From Oikopleura dioica (Eukaryota; Animalia; Chordata): a DNA stretch of 64,000 nucleotides. The DNA lies in NCBI GenBank assembly GCA_907165135.1, contig OU015567.1:7378001-7442000 (forward strand), given 5' to 3'. The notes beneath the pieces are model-generated. The model saw only the letters and a program-made list of their open reading frames with translations, ran no database searches and was not told the origin of the DNA. Positions 1 to 12,339 of this stretch are shown one piece after another (position 1 is the first letter of the stretch; each line of letters opens with the position of its first letter). Position numbers and translations under genes: made by a program.

Positions 1-24
1 GCTTACTTTTAACGCAAGATAATT

Positions 25-1490
25 AAGCCCGGTTTCTCGGATTCAGTAAGGAACAGGGCAAAGCCTATTTTAAGGGGAGAATAACCTCATCTGTTGAATT
101 GAGTAAAGTAAGGCGCAAAACGACCCGAAGGGGAGGCCAGCCCCCTTTCTTGGATTCAGTTAGGTAGGGGGCCAAGTCGACTCGAAGGGGAGGCAAGCCT
201 TATCTCTTGAATTAAGTCAGGTAAGGGCGAAGCCGACCCGAGAGATAAGCCAGCTCGTCTTAAATTCAGTCAGGTAAGGGACCAAGCCGACCTGTACCTA
301 ACTGAATCCAAGAAACTGGGCTCGCCTCCCCTCCCGGTCGGCTTAGCCCCTTACCTAACTGAATCCAAGAAATGGGGCCAATAATCCGAAGTTATTAGCG
401 CGCGCTTTGCGGGAATCGTGGGCAAACAAGCCAAAAAAAAATGTCTCAAAAGCGCAAACGCCCGCTGCGGAACTGATCCTAACGCCCAGTTGCGATAGTA
501 CGGACTCCGGAGGCTTACTTACGGAGGCCAGCACCGTTTCTTGGATTCAATAAGGTTCGAGGCCAAGCCGACTCGAAGGAAAGGCCAGCCTTATCTCTTG
601 AGTTCGGTTAAGCAAGGCGCAATAACGACCGGAAGGAGAGGCAAGCCCCGTCTCTTGAATTCAGTCGAGTAAGGGGCGGAGCCGACCCGAAGGATAAGGA
701 AGCCCCGTCTCTTACATTCAGTCAGGTAAGGGGCGAAGCCGACCCGAAGGGGAGGCCAGCCCCGTCGTTCAAATTCAGTCAGGTAAGGGACAAACAACCC
801 GTACCTAAATAAGTCCAAGAAACGGGGCTGGCCTCCCATTCGGGTCGGCTTGGCCCCTTACCTAACTGAATCCAAGAAAAGGCTGGCCTTCCCTCCGGGT
901 CGGCTTGGCCCCTTACCTTACTGAATCCAAGGAACGGGGCTGGCCTTCCCTCCGGGTCGGCTTGGCCCCTTACCTAACTGAATCCAAGAAACGGGGCTGG
1001 CCTTCCCTCCGGGTCGGCTTGGCCCCTTACCTTACTGAATCCAAGAAACGGGGCTGGCCTTCCCTCCGGGTCGGCTTGGCCCCGTACCTAACTGAATCCA
1101 AGAAACGGGGCTGGCCTTCCCTCCGGGTCGGCTTGGCCCCGTACCTAACTGAATCCAAGAAACGGGGCTGGCCTCCCTTCGGGTCGGCTTGGCCTCTTAC
1201 CTAACTGAATCCAAGGAACGGGGCTGGCCTCCCCTTCGGGTCGCCTTGGCGCCTTACCTAACTGAATCCAAGAAAAGGGGCTGGCCTTCCCTCCGGGTCG
1301 GCTTGGCCCCTTACCTAACTGAATCCAAGAAACGGGGCTGGCCTCCCCTTCGGGTCGGCTTAGCCCCTTACCTAACTGAATCCAAGAAACAGGGCTGGCC
1401 TCCCCTCCGGGTCGGCTTGGCCCCTTACCTGACTTAAATCAAGAGACGGGGCTTGCCTCCCCGTCGGGTCGTTTTGCGCCTAAAATTTAG
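25..1490. repeat. 57-bp tandem satellite (consensus GGCTTGGCCCCTTACCTAACTGAATCCAAGAAACGGGGCTGGCCTTCCCTCCGGGTC) in alternating orientations
   Basis: About 12 near-identical units on + from ~803 to ~1480 (period 57 = the 19-aa repeat in the ORF track). Degenerate reverse-orientation units at ~25-290 and ~526-790, a short forward block at ~293-378. Confidence 0.95.
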
Positions 1491-2024
1491 GAACGGTTCC
1501 TAAGAAAAAGTTTTCTCCGAGCCCCCAAGTAAGGCTATTTATATATTTTTTTTTAATATTAGTCTTCAATCAGTTGGTCTTCTAGTAAGGGGGTCCTCCG
1601 GGGGGTCCTCCGGCAGGGAGTGGCCGAAATTGGTCGAATGTGGCAGTATGTGGCCATCCAAAGCTATTTATGTTTTTTTCTATTATTGGTCCTCCAGCAG
1701 TTTGTCTTCCAGTAAGGGGTCCTCCGGAAGGTCCTCCGGCAATAAGTGGCCAAACTTGACCGAAGTCGGCAATCACTTGCCAATGAAGGCTTGATATTTT
1801 GCGTAGCCAAAATTTCGATATTTAGAAACGTCCACGATTCAAGTTTTTGGTGACAAAATCGCGATTTTCAAAAAATTCTAAAAAAATTTCCCCAACTCGC
1901 ACAGACAAATGGTTGAAACCATTCGAATCGTCTCGTTCTCCTCTTTCTAATGAGGTATAATTCGTAATTGAAACACGAGATCAATTTTTTTTTTGGCCGA
2001 CCCTAATGTAAAAGTCGACATTAC

Positions 2025-3105
2025 CTTGACAGTTCTGAGGGTAACCGAATGAATTCCATATTTAATCAAGTCCGCATGGTTTCCCGAGCCGTATCCCGAT
2101 CCAGTTTGAAAGAGTTGTTTGAAAAAGAGCTTGGAGAAGTCCTGAATTCGATAAATTTCTGCCGAAGCGGTGTCGTTCATGATCCTCATCGACATTCCTT
2201 CCGAATGACCGCATCGTATCACAGCATTTACTGTAAGAAAATCATTTGAAATTGCATTCAAGAGGAACATACCGATGTCCTGATTGGTCATTTGGCCGTT
2301 ATCGCCTTCCATTTCCACATTGACGAAGGAAAAAGTCGGCGCGTCTCCCTTCAAAACAACGCCCGTTTGAGGCGAAGCAGCGGACAACTCCAACTCTGGA
2401 CCCTCGCATTCTTTGTTTTTATTCTCGAAATTGTTCTCCAGCCAGCACTGAATGCCCCGACGCCCATGGGTGGAAAAGATAAAGAAGATATCCTTGCCCC
2501 AGTGGGTTTGGTCGGAAATCATCGACATTAGCGCCATCCCGGTGCCGAACGCTGAATTGGTTACTTTCTCGTCCCAGCTGGCGATTGGGACGTTGATGAT
2601 GATACTTTCAGCGGCTGAACTGCCGATTGGGCAAACTCGAACGATGATGTTTGAAGAGGAAAGATCCGAGTAACTCCAGGATTGTTCTTCATATTTCAGC
2701 CTAAAAATAAGATTTTTGAAAACTTGAATCTTGCAATCGTCAATTCCATCATCATTTCTTTCCCCGAAATGGAGGCAAAGAAGGTTGCTAGAAAATCCTA
2801 CTGTACCTTAAAGTAGTAGCAGCCTTTTTAATCAAATTCTTCCTACAATCAGCAGTCACACAGTCTTCCATCCTCCTATTCATCACTCCCGCCAAACCCT
2901 TCACCGTCTGCGAATACTTTGGCGAAGCCATGCGCGGCTGTAACGCATTCTCATCAATATAAGTTCTAGCGTTGAATTGAGCTGAGCTCTGCATGGCCAG
3001 CCAACCAATGCCGCATAAAAAGCCGAGAGTTGAGAGCTTACTTCCGAATTTATTGATTTTAGCGCCGATATCTTTTGTTGAACTCGGGTCTGTTAGAAGC
3101 CCCAT
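2025..3105 (-). CDS. GPAA1: GPI-anchor transamidase subunit GAA1, N-terminal/lumenal half only visible
   Basis: MGLLTDP...RTYIDENAL at the N-terminus, WGKDIFF, EGDNGQMTNQD and GNHADLIKYGIHSVTLRT match remembered GAA1 motifs (MGLLSDP, RTYMSENA, WAKDI, EGLNGQLPNLD). The C-terminal TM bundle was not found in the window. Confidence 0.85.
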
Positions 3106-3282
3106 TTTTAAATCTGAAATCAAGGAAGAGTAACAACGAGTCGGTAAATTAGAAAAATAGATATATATTTTATGAGATTATAAGAAAATAAAATCAAAGT
3201 GAATGAAGCAAAAGGCCGAGAATGGGGAAGAAGGAACAAGATAGTACAGTAGCTTTTTTGAGCCGTGGAGTGGGAAGGGCAA

Positions 3283-5585
3283 TTATTTTCCTTTTTTGCC
3301 TTTGCCCTTTCCACCCTTCTTCTTCTTGCCTTTCATGAGCTTGCGGACCTTGTAGGAGCGGAAGAAGGCTTGAATTACAGTCGCGTTGAATGTCTTGTCT
3401 TCGAATTCTTTGCGTTCGCGCTCTTCTTGCTCTCTCTTTAGGCGGCGTTCTTCCATAATTGCGTCGTAGTCAACCTGAAACCGCAGTAAAGAAAAAAAGA
3501 CAGATAAACCCTTCACTTACTTTTAAAATAGCAAAGCGTTCCTTGAGTTCATCGAGCTGTTCCTTTTCCTCGTCATAAGCGTCCTGGACCTCTTCGAGTT
3601 GCTGCTGCTTCTCGATCATAAAGTCGTCATATTTGGCGATCCAGTTTTCGACCTCGTTCTCGATTCGGAATTTTTTACTTCGCAAGTTGAGTTCCACTTC
3701 GCGGTGCTCCACCACTAGCTTTTTCAGGTCCACTTCGAGCGGTTTTATCGCCTCGATTAAAGTTTTTTTGCGCTGCTCAGCATTTCGATTTTCATTAGCT
3801 CGTTCCTAAACAAAATGGGTCAGTCCTAAATTGAGGTAGATAGCATTTTTGATAAAGTCCTTTTAACACAAACTGTCAGCTTATATAAATACCGATCCAC
3901 GAGAAATAGATCATAATTAACTGACATGCAAAAGCCTTCCTAAATCTTGTACTACCACCATTTGGAATGAATAACAAACAACCAGAAATCATACTCGACT
4001 CAAATGAATATGCGACAAAAAGAATTTTTTACTTTCTTTAAAATGAATTCACTTTTATCTAGAATATTGAAAACATTTTTGAGATATTACAAATAAATAA
4101 AAAATTATATATTTCTCCATGTCCTTCTATATTTTATTTACAACCCTGCAAAAATGGGTTGTTCCAAGATATTAATCAGGGTTGTGCAAATATAAAAATG
4201 GTCACAGTTGGTTTTTTAACCCCTTTTCGCCGTACAAAAACCCGCAGAGAGTGAAAAATACTGTAGCATTCTTTTGAGAGAAACAAGGGTTCATGTCCAT
4301 AATATTTTTTATAAAATGACTTTTCAATTTATGCGGTTTCATGGGAGATGATCGTTGATTCTACATATTTATGAAAAAACACAATGAATCATTGACAATG
4401 ATCATTGACACGAAAAAACTTCGATTGTGGACAAAAATTTTGTACTAAAATGAATCTCAATCTATGTAAGAATACTCTGAAGGAAGCGTGAAAAAAATCA
4501 TCCGTATTTTGTGCTCAAATACTTTTCAATCGAAAACCACGATAAAAACTGCTAAATAAAAAAACCAATATAATTGTGTTACTTACTTGATCAGCATCAG
4601 AATTAGTTTTTTGCGCCATCGCTTCGGCATTTTTCTCAATATTCGCCAGCTGCGTTTTGAGCTCGCGAATGACTGTGGCTCGTTTTTCTGTTTCTTCTTT
4701 TTGATTCCTTCCGCGACGGAGAGTTCCTTCTCGACCTTCTGCGTCTGAGTGACGATCTCCTTGAGTCGCTGGTTCGACTTTCGAATGTACATTTCGCGGT
4801 TTTCTTCTTCCTTTTGCGTCATCGTCAGTCGGTCCACCATTCCAGAGCGCAGCTCGTCGATCAGAGAAGCCAGCGATTCCAGTCGAGCGTCCGATTTCGA
4901 GCTGCGGATTAAAGAACACAAGTTCGCGTCTTTTGAAACATCTCGCAGCGCGTTTCGGGTGAGAATTTTTAGCTCAGCCGCTGAAAAATGAGTTTATATG
5001 AGGACGAACAATTCATAATAGAAAAAAGCCGTTTGCGGCTTTCGAAACATCGAAAAACCTCGAAAAAAAATTTTAGCCGCATGCGGCTTTTTATTCAACG
5101 GAGAAAATTTCATTAACAAACTTGCTCAAAATAAGCCGCTAGCGGCTTTTCTTCTTTGAAATCTTCTTCGGTAAATGAATTTTTCGCCTTTGAAAAACCG
5201 CAAATTCGGCTTTTTGATTGAATCTCAAAGCGAAATTTCACGGGAAGAATTGAAAAGTACCTGGAGTAGATTTCTCCTGGGCCGCTTTTCTGAGAATGTG
5301 GCAGGACTCTGGAAATTGTTTGAACTGTTCAGCTGGGACCGACGCGAAGCCGGCGAGGAGAAGAAGCCGCCTGTGCAGTTCGTTGAAGACATACATGATT
5401 CGTTCCGCCTCGACGCAGGAAATCTTCTTTCGGACTTCGCGATACGACGCCGCCAGCTGCGCCGGATCCTGAATTATTTCATAACGATTTTCTATAGTAA
5501 CGATTCTTTCGTAAAATCCGTATTTTGACCATTACTGTACCTTTTTGGCGGCGTCTGGAGGCGGCCCAGAAACAGTGACCGTCAT
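3283..5585 (-). CDS. IQCD: IQ-motif dynein regulatory complex subunit DRC10
   Basis: Exons give KKISCVEAERIM..., coiled coil, RSKKFRIENEVENWIAKYD, IQ motif (VIQAFFRSYKVRK) and a Lys/Gly tail KGKKKKGGKGKGKKGK. Apparent 1-bp frameshift at ~4710. Confidence 0.85.
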
Positions 5586-6204
5586 TATTCTGAACTGGTG
5601 CAAATTTCAAACTGAGCAGAAATTCCAAAAAGGAGGGAAAATAAACGAGCGTTCTAGAAATCGCACTTTTTTCTAGACGGATATTTACAAGGCGATTAAG
5701 CCTCATTCTCGGACAGTAATTATTTGGCTTGAAATTTGAGTTTTTTTAGCAATTTCGTCAGACACGAAGTTTTTAAAGCAAAGGTAATAAAACACAATAA
5801 TTTTTAACAAATAATTTATTTTAAAAAATCATTAAGAAAACACCGAGAAAGCCGCTTGCGGCTCTAAAATTGATGAAGAACTCTTCATATTTGACACGAA
5901 TCGTGTTTCGACTCGAAAATTTCGGATTTTTTTTTGCATTTTTTTTCGCGATAATTTAAAATTGATAATTCTCTTTGAAAAATTGACTCTGACGACAGAA
6001 TATTTTTTTATCCAGGAAACATTCGGTAGTAGCGCCTGGGGTCAGGGAAAGGACAATAAACGCAATTTTTTGGTTTCTTTCTTTTTTAGCGCGAAATGAG
6101 TCAAAATGAGTTGCTTTGGCGGGGAAGGGCGCGCCAACGCGGGCCCAGCGCGCGCAAATTCGGACGAAAAAAAGATCTTCTCTTGTGGTTTGACATCTGT
6201 TGAA

Positions 6205-6742
6205 TCATTTTTGTTTTGGTTTATTCATAGTAAAGCTTTCGGATCTGATAGATCCATCTTCAGTACTAAAATAGTTGTAAAATTGTTGATCAGAAAACTC
6301 TTTTCACCTTTTTGAGAGGCTTGTAAGGGCACACTAAAGAACTTGAATGAGAAAATAAGAACAGATAAAATTTGGTCTAGAGAAGAATTTGATAAGACCT
6401 CGGTCTTGCAGACAGAATGTTTTTTGAAAATGTGTAGAAATAGACGGGCTTCGGAACATTTTCAAATTTAGACGGGCATTTTTGAAAATGTTCCGAAGCC
6501 CGTCTATTTCTACACATTTTCAAAAAACATTCTGTCTGCAAGACCGAGGTCTTATCAAATTCTTCTCTAGACCAAATTTTATCTGTTCTTATTTTCTCAT
6601 TCAAGTTCTTTAGTGTGCCCTTACAAGCCTCTCAAAAAGGTGAAAAGAGTTTTCTGATCAACAATTTTACAACTATTTTAGTACTGAAGATGGATCTATC
6701 AGATCCGAAAGCTTTACTATGAATAAACCAAAACAAAAATGA
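6205..6742. repeat. Perfect long inverted repeat: two 262-bp arms, 14-bp spacer
   Basis: 6205-6466 is the reverse complement of 6481-6742. Spacer is TTTAGACGGGCATT. Confidence 0.95.
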
Positions 6743-6916
6743 AAAAAAGATCCTTACTTTTTGAAAAACCATTTTTCGCCGCTTTTTTCGCTCTCATTCC
6801 GGTTTTCCCGAGTTGGTCTGAAGAAGAGATGAGTCGCACGTGATGCGAGCAAGAAGATCAGGGACTGGGAAAAAGGCTAAAGAAGAATTTAGAGACGAAA
6901 AAAGAAGGAAGAAAAA

Positions 6917-9098
6917 ATGGGAGCTCCGATTCACGAAGAACCTTTTACCAATAAATTTACAAAGAAAAAGGTTGGAAATTCATTCATTCCATTATTCACC
7001 CAAATCAGGAAAAGCCGCGTGCGGCTTTCGAGTCAAAAAGACAGTTCGTTTTCGATCAATTTTTGAGTCGAGAAATCTTTGAAAAAGACGCTTTTTTGAC
7101 TCGAAAGTCGTGTGCGGCTTTTTCCCTTTTCTCTTCATCTTTATCCATTTTTTCTTATTTCTAATCATCTTTTTGATTAGGAAAGCTTATCAAAAGATTC
7201 CTTGAAATAACTGAAGACTATCAAAGCATAAAATTCTCGAAGAATTTTTCCGAGGTGATAAAATTTCATTTTGACCGTTTTTTCCTCTTTGAAAAATGCT
7301 CTTCGGGAATTTAAACGGGTCCGATAACTTATCGCGTTTTTCATTGTTCGAGCTGGATAAATTCAAATTTCCATCACGTGACCTGATTAAAATTCCTCTA
7401 GAAATGAAGATGTTTTTGAACAGAACTTCTTATTCCCTTTTCTTTATGGTTTTTAGGAGATCGCCCGAGCAGGGTTCAAAATGTAGCAGTGTAGTAATGT
7501 AGCAATGTAGCAATTGCTACATTTTTGCTACATGTTGATGTAGCAGGTGTAGCATGTAGCAGCGTTCAAAAAGCGTGTAGCAAAGTGTAGCTTGCTACAT
7601 TGCTACATTTTTCTGGAGGTGAGGATTTTTATTATCAAAAGAGACGATTTATTCATAGCAAATATATTTTAATGTCTCTTTTGATTAATATTATTGATAT
7701 TTAGCTTAATTTCTATCTAGTTTGTCTTTAAGAAATTAAAAACCATAAAAAAATTCATATATAATTGAGATCTTATCGAAAATGGTAGCAGACCGGCATA
7801 ATTTTATGTAGCAAGTGTAGCATGTAGCAGCGGTTTTTTAAGGGGAATGTAGCACATGTAGCATGTAGCAGGGACTTTTCTTGAGGGATGTAGCACGTGT
7901 AGCATGTAGCAGCAATATATTGCTACATTTCGAACCCTGCGCCCGAGGGCTACGAGGAGTGATCAGGTGCGTCGAAGATGCAGCTGGAGCCCAGTTCGCG
8001 GCTAAAACGATCAGAAAAACGCAAAAAGGGCAGAATATCGTGGACGAGATCGAAATGGAAATGGCCGCCCTGAATCTTTGTGAAGATGTTGCTACTGTAG
8101 TGAACTTGCACGCCGTCTACAAGACCAAAAGGGACTACACTTTCATTCTTGACTATCTGCCTAAGGATCTCCACTCGGAAGTCGAGGTAAGCGGAAATTA
8201 AGGAGGATAGGGTTGCTAATTTAGGGCTCTTAGAAAGACGAGCCGATGAATGAAGCGGAAGTTATTCAAATCATTAGGGATCTGTTGAAGACGCTGAACT
8301 ATTTGCATGAGAGACAGATTATTCACCTAGGTAAGGAGAAATTTGTTGATAATGGAAAATATTGAAGAAACTGTTTGCTGACCGTTTTCTTTCAGATCTG
8401 AAGCCAGAAAACATCCTGATCGACGAGGAAAAGAAAATCTATCTTTGCGACTTTGGCATGTCGAAAATGCTGGAAAATTCAAAAGAAACCTGCCGAGTTG
8501 CTGGAACGACCGAATACTGCTCTCCAGAACAGATTCAGTTCGAGCCGCTTTCTGCTGCTTCCGATATGTGGGCAGTTGGAGTCATCGCTTTCGTCTTGCT
8601 TTCCAAGACAAGTCCTTTCGAAAACGGCGAAAAGCACGAGACGCAAAATGCGGTGATCAACTGCATTTACGACTTTGAAGGGGAAGCCTGGTCTGACAGA
8701 AGTGCTCTCGCCAAAAGCTTTATTCAAACATTGCTGATTCGCGAACCAAAGGTAAATTTGCTTCAAAGATACAAAAAAAAGTGGCACAAAGGCGGGAAAA
8801 AAGGACAAGCGAAATTTTCAATTCGGTCAAATATTTGTTAGAAAAAATGCTTTTTCTAACAAAAATTTCGTAGAAACGAGCGAGCGCTTCTGAAGCTCTA
8901 CTTCATCCTTGGCTCGAGTCTCCGGATAAAAACGGCGCAGAAATGGCTGCCCCACCGAAAATAGCTAGAAGATTGAGCAAACGATCATCTTCTGTTGCTC
9001 TTTTCGGGTTGAACGATATCAATCTGAATCGGTCACTCGATTCGGCCGTCCAAGAAGTGATCGAGCTCCCACCGAAAAAGATCAAAAGCGATAGGTAG
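6917..9098 (+). CDS. DAPK-family (DRAK/STK17-like) Ser/Thr kinase, exon 2 interrupted by a MITE
   Basis: Spliced MGAPIHEEPFTNKFTKKK|EIAR[MITE][58 protein letters not shown]. Confidence 0.85.
7013..7119. repeat. Short inverted-repeat element (~110 bp) with AGCCGC-NN-GCGGCT ends
   Basis: AAAGCCGCGTGCGGCTTTCGAGTCAAAAA ... TTTTTGACTCGAAAGTCGTGTGCGGCTTT in kinase intron 1. Confidence 0.6.
7470..7939. mobile_element. hAT-like MITE, 470 bp
   Basis: 19-bp TIR CAGGGTTC(A/G)AAATGTAGCA, 8-bp TSD CGCCCGAG (7462-7469 and 7940-7947), about 20 subterminal TGTAGCA/TGCTACA motifs. Confidence 0.93.
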
Positions 9099-9439
9099 CT
9101 AGCAATCCCCATTTGATGAATTTTCTTACAGCTTTTTTCAGCCAAGAGTGATCTGAATCGTCTTCAATAATCTACCTCCGTTTGTTTGTTCTTACTGTAT
9201 CCATATCAGACATACAGTACTTCTAGTATCTACTCATACAGTTCAAAGTTCCGTTCGCTCTAGAATCTCCAACAACTGAAATCATCACCGACCGTACTTT
9301 CAAAAAGAAAATCTTCCAAATTCGTACTCAGAGACAACTTTAAAACGTACCCTGCCCGAATCAGTTTCCAAAAAATGACAAAATGACAACAACAAGGACT
9401 AACGCTTACTGATTTCAAGCAAAGACTCTTCAGAATGAG

Positions 9440-11654
9440 ATGATAATTCAAAACCTAGTTGAAGATTTTTACCGTCAGCTAGATTTAACGAAACCAGTTC
9501 TCATATTATGCGGAATCGATGTGGATGCCATGGCGGCCACGCGCATCCTGATGGCCATGTTTCAAGCAGACCTTATTCAATATAGACTCAAGGTAATAAA
9601 CACTCATTTCATTCCGTTTCTCAACCTCCTTTTAGCCAGTAAACACGAGACAAGCCCTGTGCCAAGCAATTTACGATGAGAAGGCGAAGATCGAGCAATT
9701 TGTGCTTCTCAACGTAGGCTCCACTGTAGAATTTTTCAATGTCGACCCAGATGGATTCGAATTCACCTCAGAAGATCAGAAACCGCTCTTTGGGGACGAT
9801 GACAACCTCACTTTGTATATTATAGACTCACACAGACCTATCAATCTTCTTAAAAACGGATCTCAAAGAACTTATTTTTCCCCTAAATTTTTACTCTATT
9901 TTTCCAATTTCAAAGTTCATTTTGCGATCCTTAATCAGTGTTTTTTCCGACCTCTCGATGTCCAGTAGAATTTTTGTACATGTAGCTGAAGACGAAATCG
10001 AAAATATTCCCCTCCACGAAGACGTTTTCTCGTCCGACTCTGAAGATGAAAGTGGAGACGAAGGTTTGTCTCTTACTCTGCTACGTTTCTTCTTACTGTG
10101 TTTTCAAGATAATCTGATGGAACGCATGGCTCGCAGGACGGAGAAAGCCCAGCGTAGTGAAGCCAGACACGCACGAGTTGCGGAATACGAAGAGTACACA
10201 TTTTGCGGCCCAAGTACGGCAATAACAGTATTCGGTAAGGATCGTCTTCAACTTTCATACTTGAATGTTGTGTTTCTTAGATCTTGCACAAAAACTTTCA
10301 AAAGACACAATCGCTTCCTTGTGGTGGGGAATCGTCGGAATCACGGATCAGTATGTCTCTGGCCGTGTTCGACCTGAACAGTATAAAACTAATGTATATA
10401 AATATATGCTTCATCAGCATACACAAAGGTAATCTGACAATCATCGCTTCTCTGACGAGCTTCGATTTTCTCAGACTTCAATCAAAAGCTGACGCAAATA
10501 ATCGCGCTCAACTCCTGTTAGAACCACTGGAAGATCTTCAACTTCCTCTTTACAGACATTGGAACGTCAGCGAGGCCCTTACTCATTCACTCCCAGTTGC
10601 GTCAGGTACTCTTCCTTGCTTCCAACTCCCGCTCATTTCTTCCATAGCCATTAAAGTTTGGACCGGTTCCGGAACCCGCAAAATAAAAGAACTCGTTGCT
10701 CAAATTGGCCTTCCACTCACCCAAGCGGGAGAAAAGTATCACTACATGGAGGAGCGCTTCAAAACCGACTTTCCAAAGCAACTAGAGCAGAAAGCGCCGA
10801 ATTTTGGAATCAAGAATCTCAAAGTGACAGCGTTCACGGCTCAGCGAGGATTTGGTTATAAATATACTGCTGCTGATACGGCCATTGCGATAAATGCTCT
10901 ATTAGAATTGGTAAGAAAGACTGCGCTAGACTCATGATTATTTTCGGGCTTCTCTTAGACAAGTGGAGACGATTTAGTCAAAAACTTCGAAGAAGCTTTG
11001 GAAGCGCTTAGAACAGAGCAACCGACAATGTGCCGCATGCAAGACGGAATCGAACTCGCCAAGGGCCAGCTGCGCGCTATTCTAAACACGATAAACTCAC
11101 AGATAGAAACGAATAATATAATCAACGCTGGACCGTTTTTGTACATGAACATGAAAGAAAGCCCAGACAATCACATGTTCGCCCATCCTGTCAGTATACG
11201 ACTTCTCTGTAAGTTACAGTCAAAGACTCTTGTACTTACTCTTTCCAGCTGCGTATCTTCTCCACTCATTCTGCCGATCCCAGCCAAAACAGCGTCGTGA
11301 GAAAATCCGAGCTCTTCCCCTGGTTCTTGCGGCTCCTCGTGGAGAAACAGCGTAAGTGTTCAAATACAAATACTTGATGATCAAAATGAATTCAATTTTA
11401 GTCCTGGGAAAAAGCTTGTTTGCGGCTGCCCACCACTTGGCTCTACCTCAAATAAAAACCCCTTCGGAAAGGCATTCAAAGAAGCTGGCGCTCGCTCACA
11501 GGCACGAATCGACTACCAGTTTATGGGTAATTTTCAGCCACTTTTTAATAAGCATTTCATCTTGTTTTTAGACGATAGCTTACTCCAAATCGACACGGAC
11601 GATTTTCTCAAGTTCATGGAAGCCCTCGTTGTAGAACTCTCGATGAACGACTAA
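9440..11654 (+). CDS. CDC45: Cell division control protein 45
   Basis: DVDAMAATRILMAMFQADLIQY, IIDSHRP, acidic loop, LPLYRHWNVSEAL, GLPLTQA, C-terminal DFLKFMEALV. Confidence 0.93.
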
Positions 11655-11893
11655 AATGAAGAAGATCTAACTTATAGAAACGTCCTATCTTTCAACACAT
11701 CCTCATATACATTCCACTCATCATCTTCGGTAGCATACTTTTACTAAATATTTTCCGAGCACTCTTTTTTTAATTTTTCGAAAAACGCAACTTTTGGAAC
11801 ACGGAGAATCTTTTCAATTGAAAAATTCATTTGAATTTACTTGTTGAAAACATTCTTTCTGATGACCATCCTGACCAGAGTTTGAAATTTTCG

Positions 11894-12100
11894 TGACTCG
11901 CGAGCGGCTCACTTGAGAGCGAGCGAGCACGAGCATGATGCTCTTTGTGCTCCCGAGCGCATTTATTTCAGAGTTCGCGCTCTTTGCGCTCGCGAGCGCA
12001 TTTCATTTCGCGCTCTCGCTCTCTTGGCTCTCGAGCACTGGTCGAATTGTGCTCTCGCTCGATCGGCTCTCGAGCTGAAAAAACTGACTCGCGAGCAGCT
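11894..12100. repeat. Array of GCTC(G/T/C)CGAGC-type palindromic motifs, copy 1
   Basis: Repeated CTCGCGAGC / GCTCTCGAGC / CTCTCGCTC. Confidence 0.7.
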
Positions 12101-12339
12101 TCCAAGGGCCTCAAATGATTCGGCGGCCCCGTGACTAATTCCATATGAGTCCCTGTCACAGGACTTAGCACCTCGCGGTGGGCATGTTTTATCTGTTTAC
12201 TCTCGGCTTTTCGCATTCTGCTGCCGAGATTACGGACCTAATGAAGCTAACATAAAACTGAAAACACCAAAAATTGATCCTCAAAGAAATTTATTTATGA
12301 AAGTGAATAATTATGCGAAAAAATTATTCTTTTAATTTT

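Noticed and set aside
591-1437. ORFs with 19-aa repeats (APYLTESKKRGWPSLRVGL)
   Set aside because: Translation of the 57-bp satellite; starts are TTG and both strands give ORFs. Not a CRISPR array either: the units are contiguous with no unique spacers.
6377-6604. 75-aa ORF in the palindrome
   Set aside because: By-product of the inverted repeat; no coding features.
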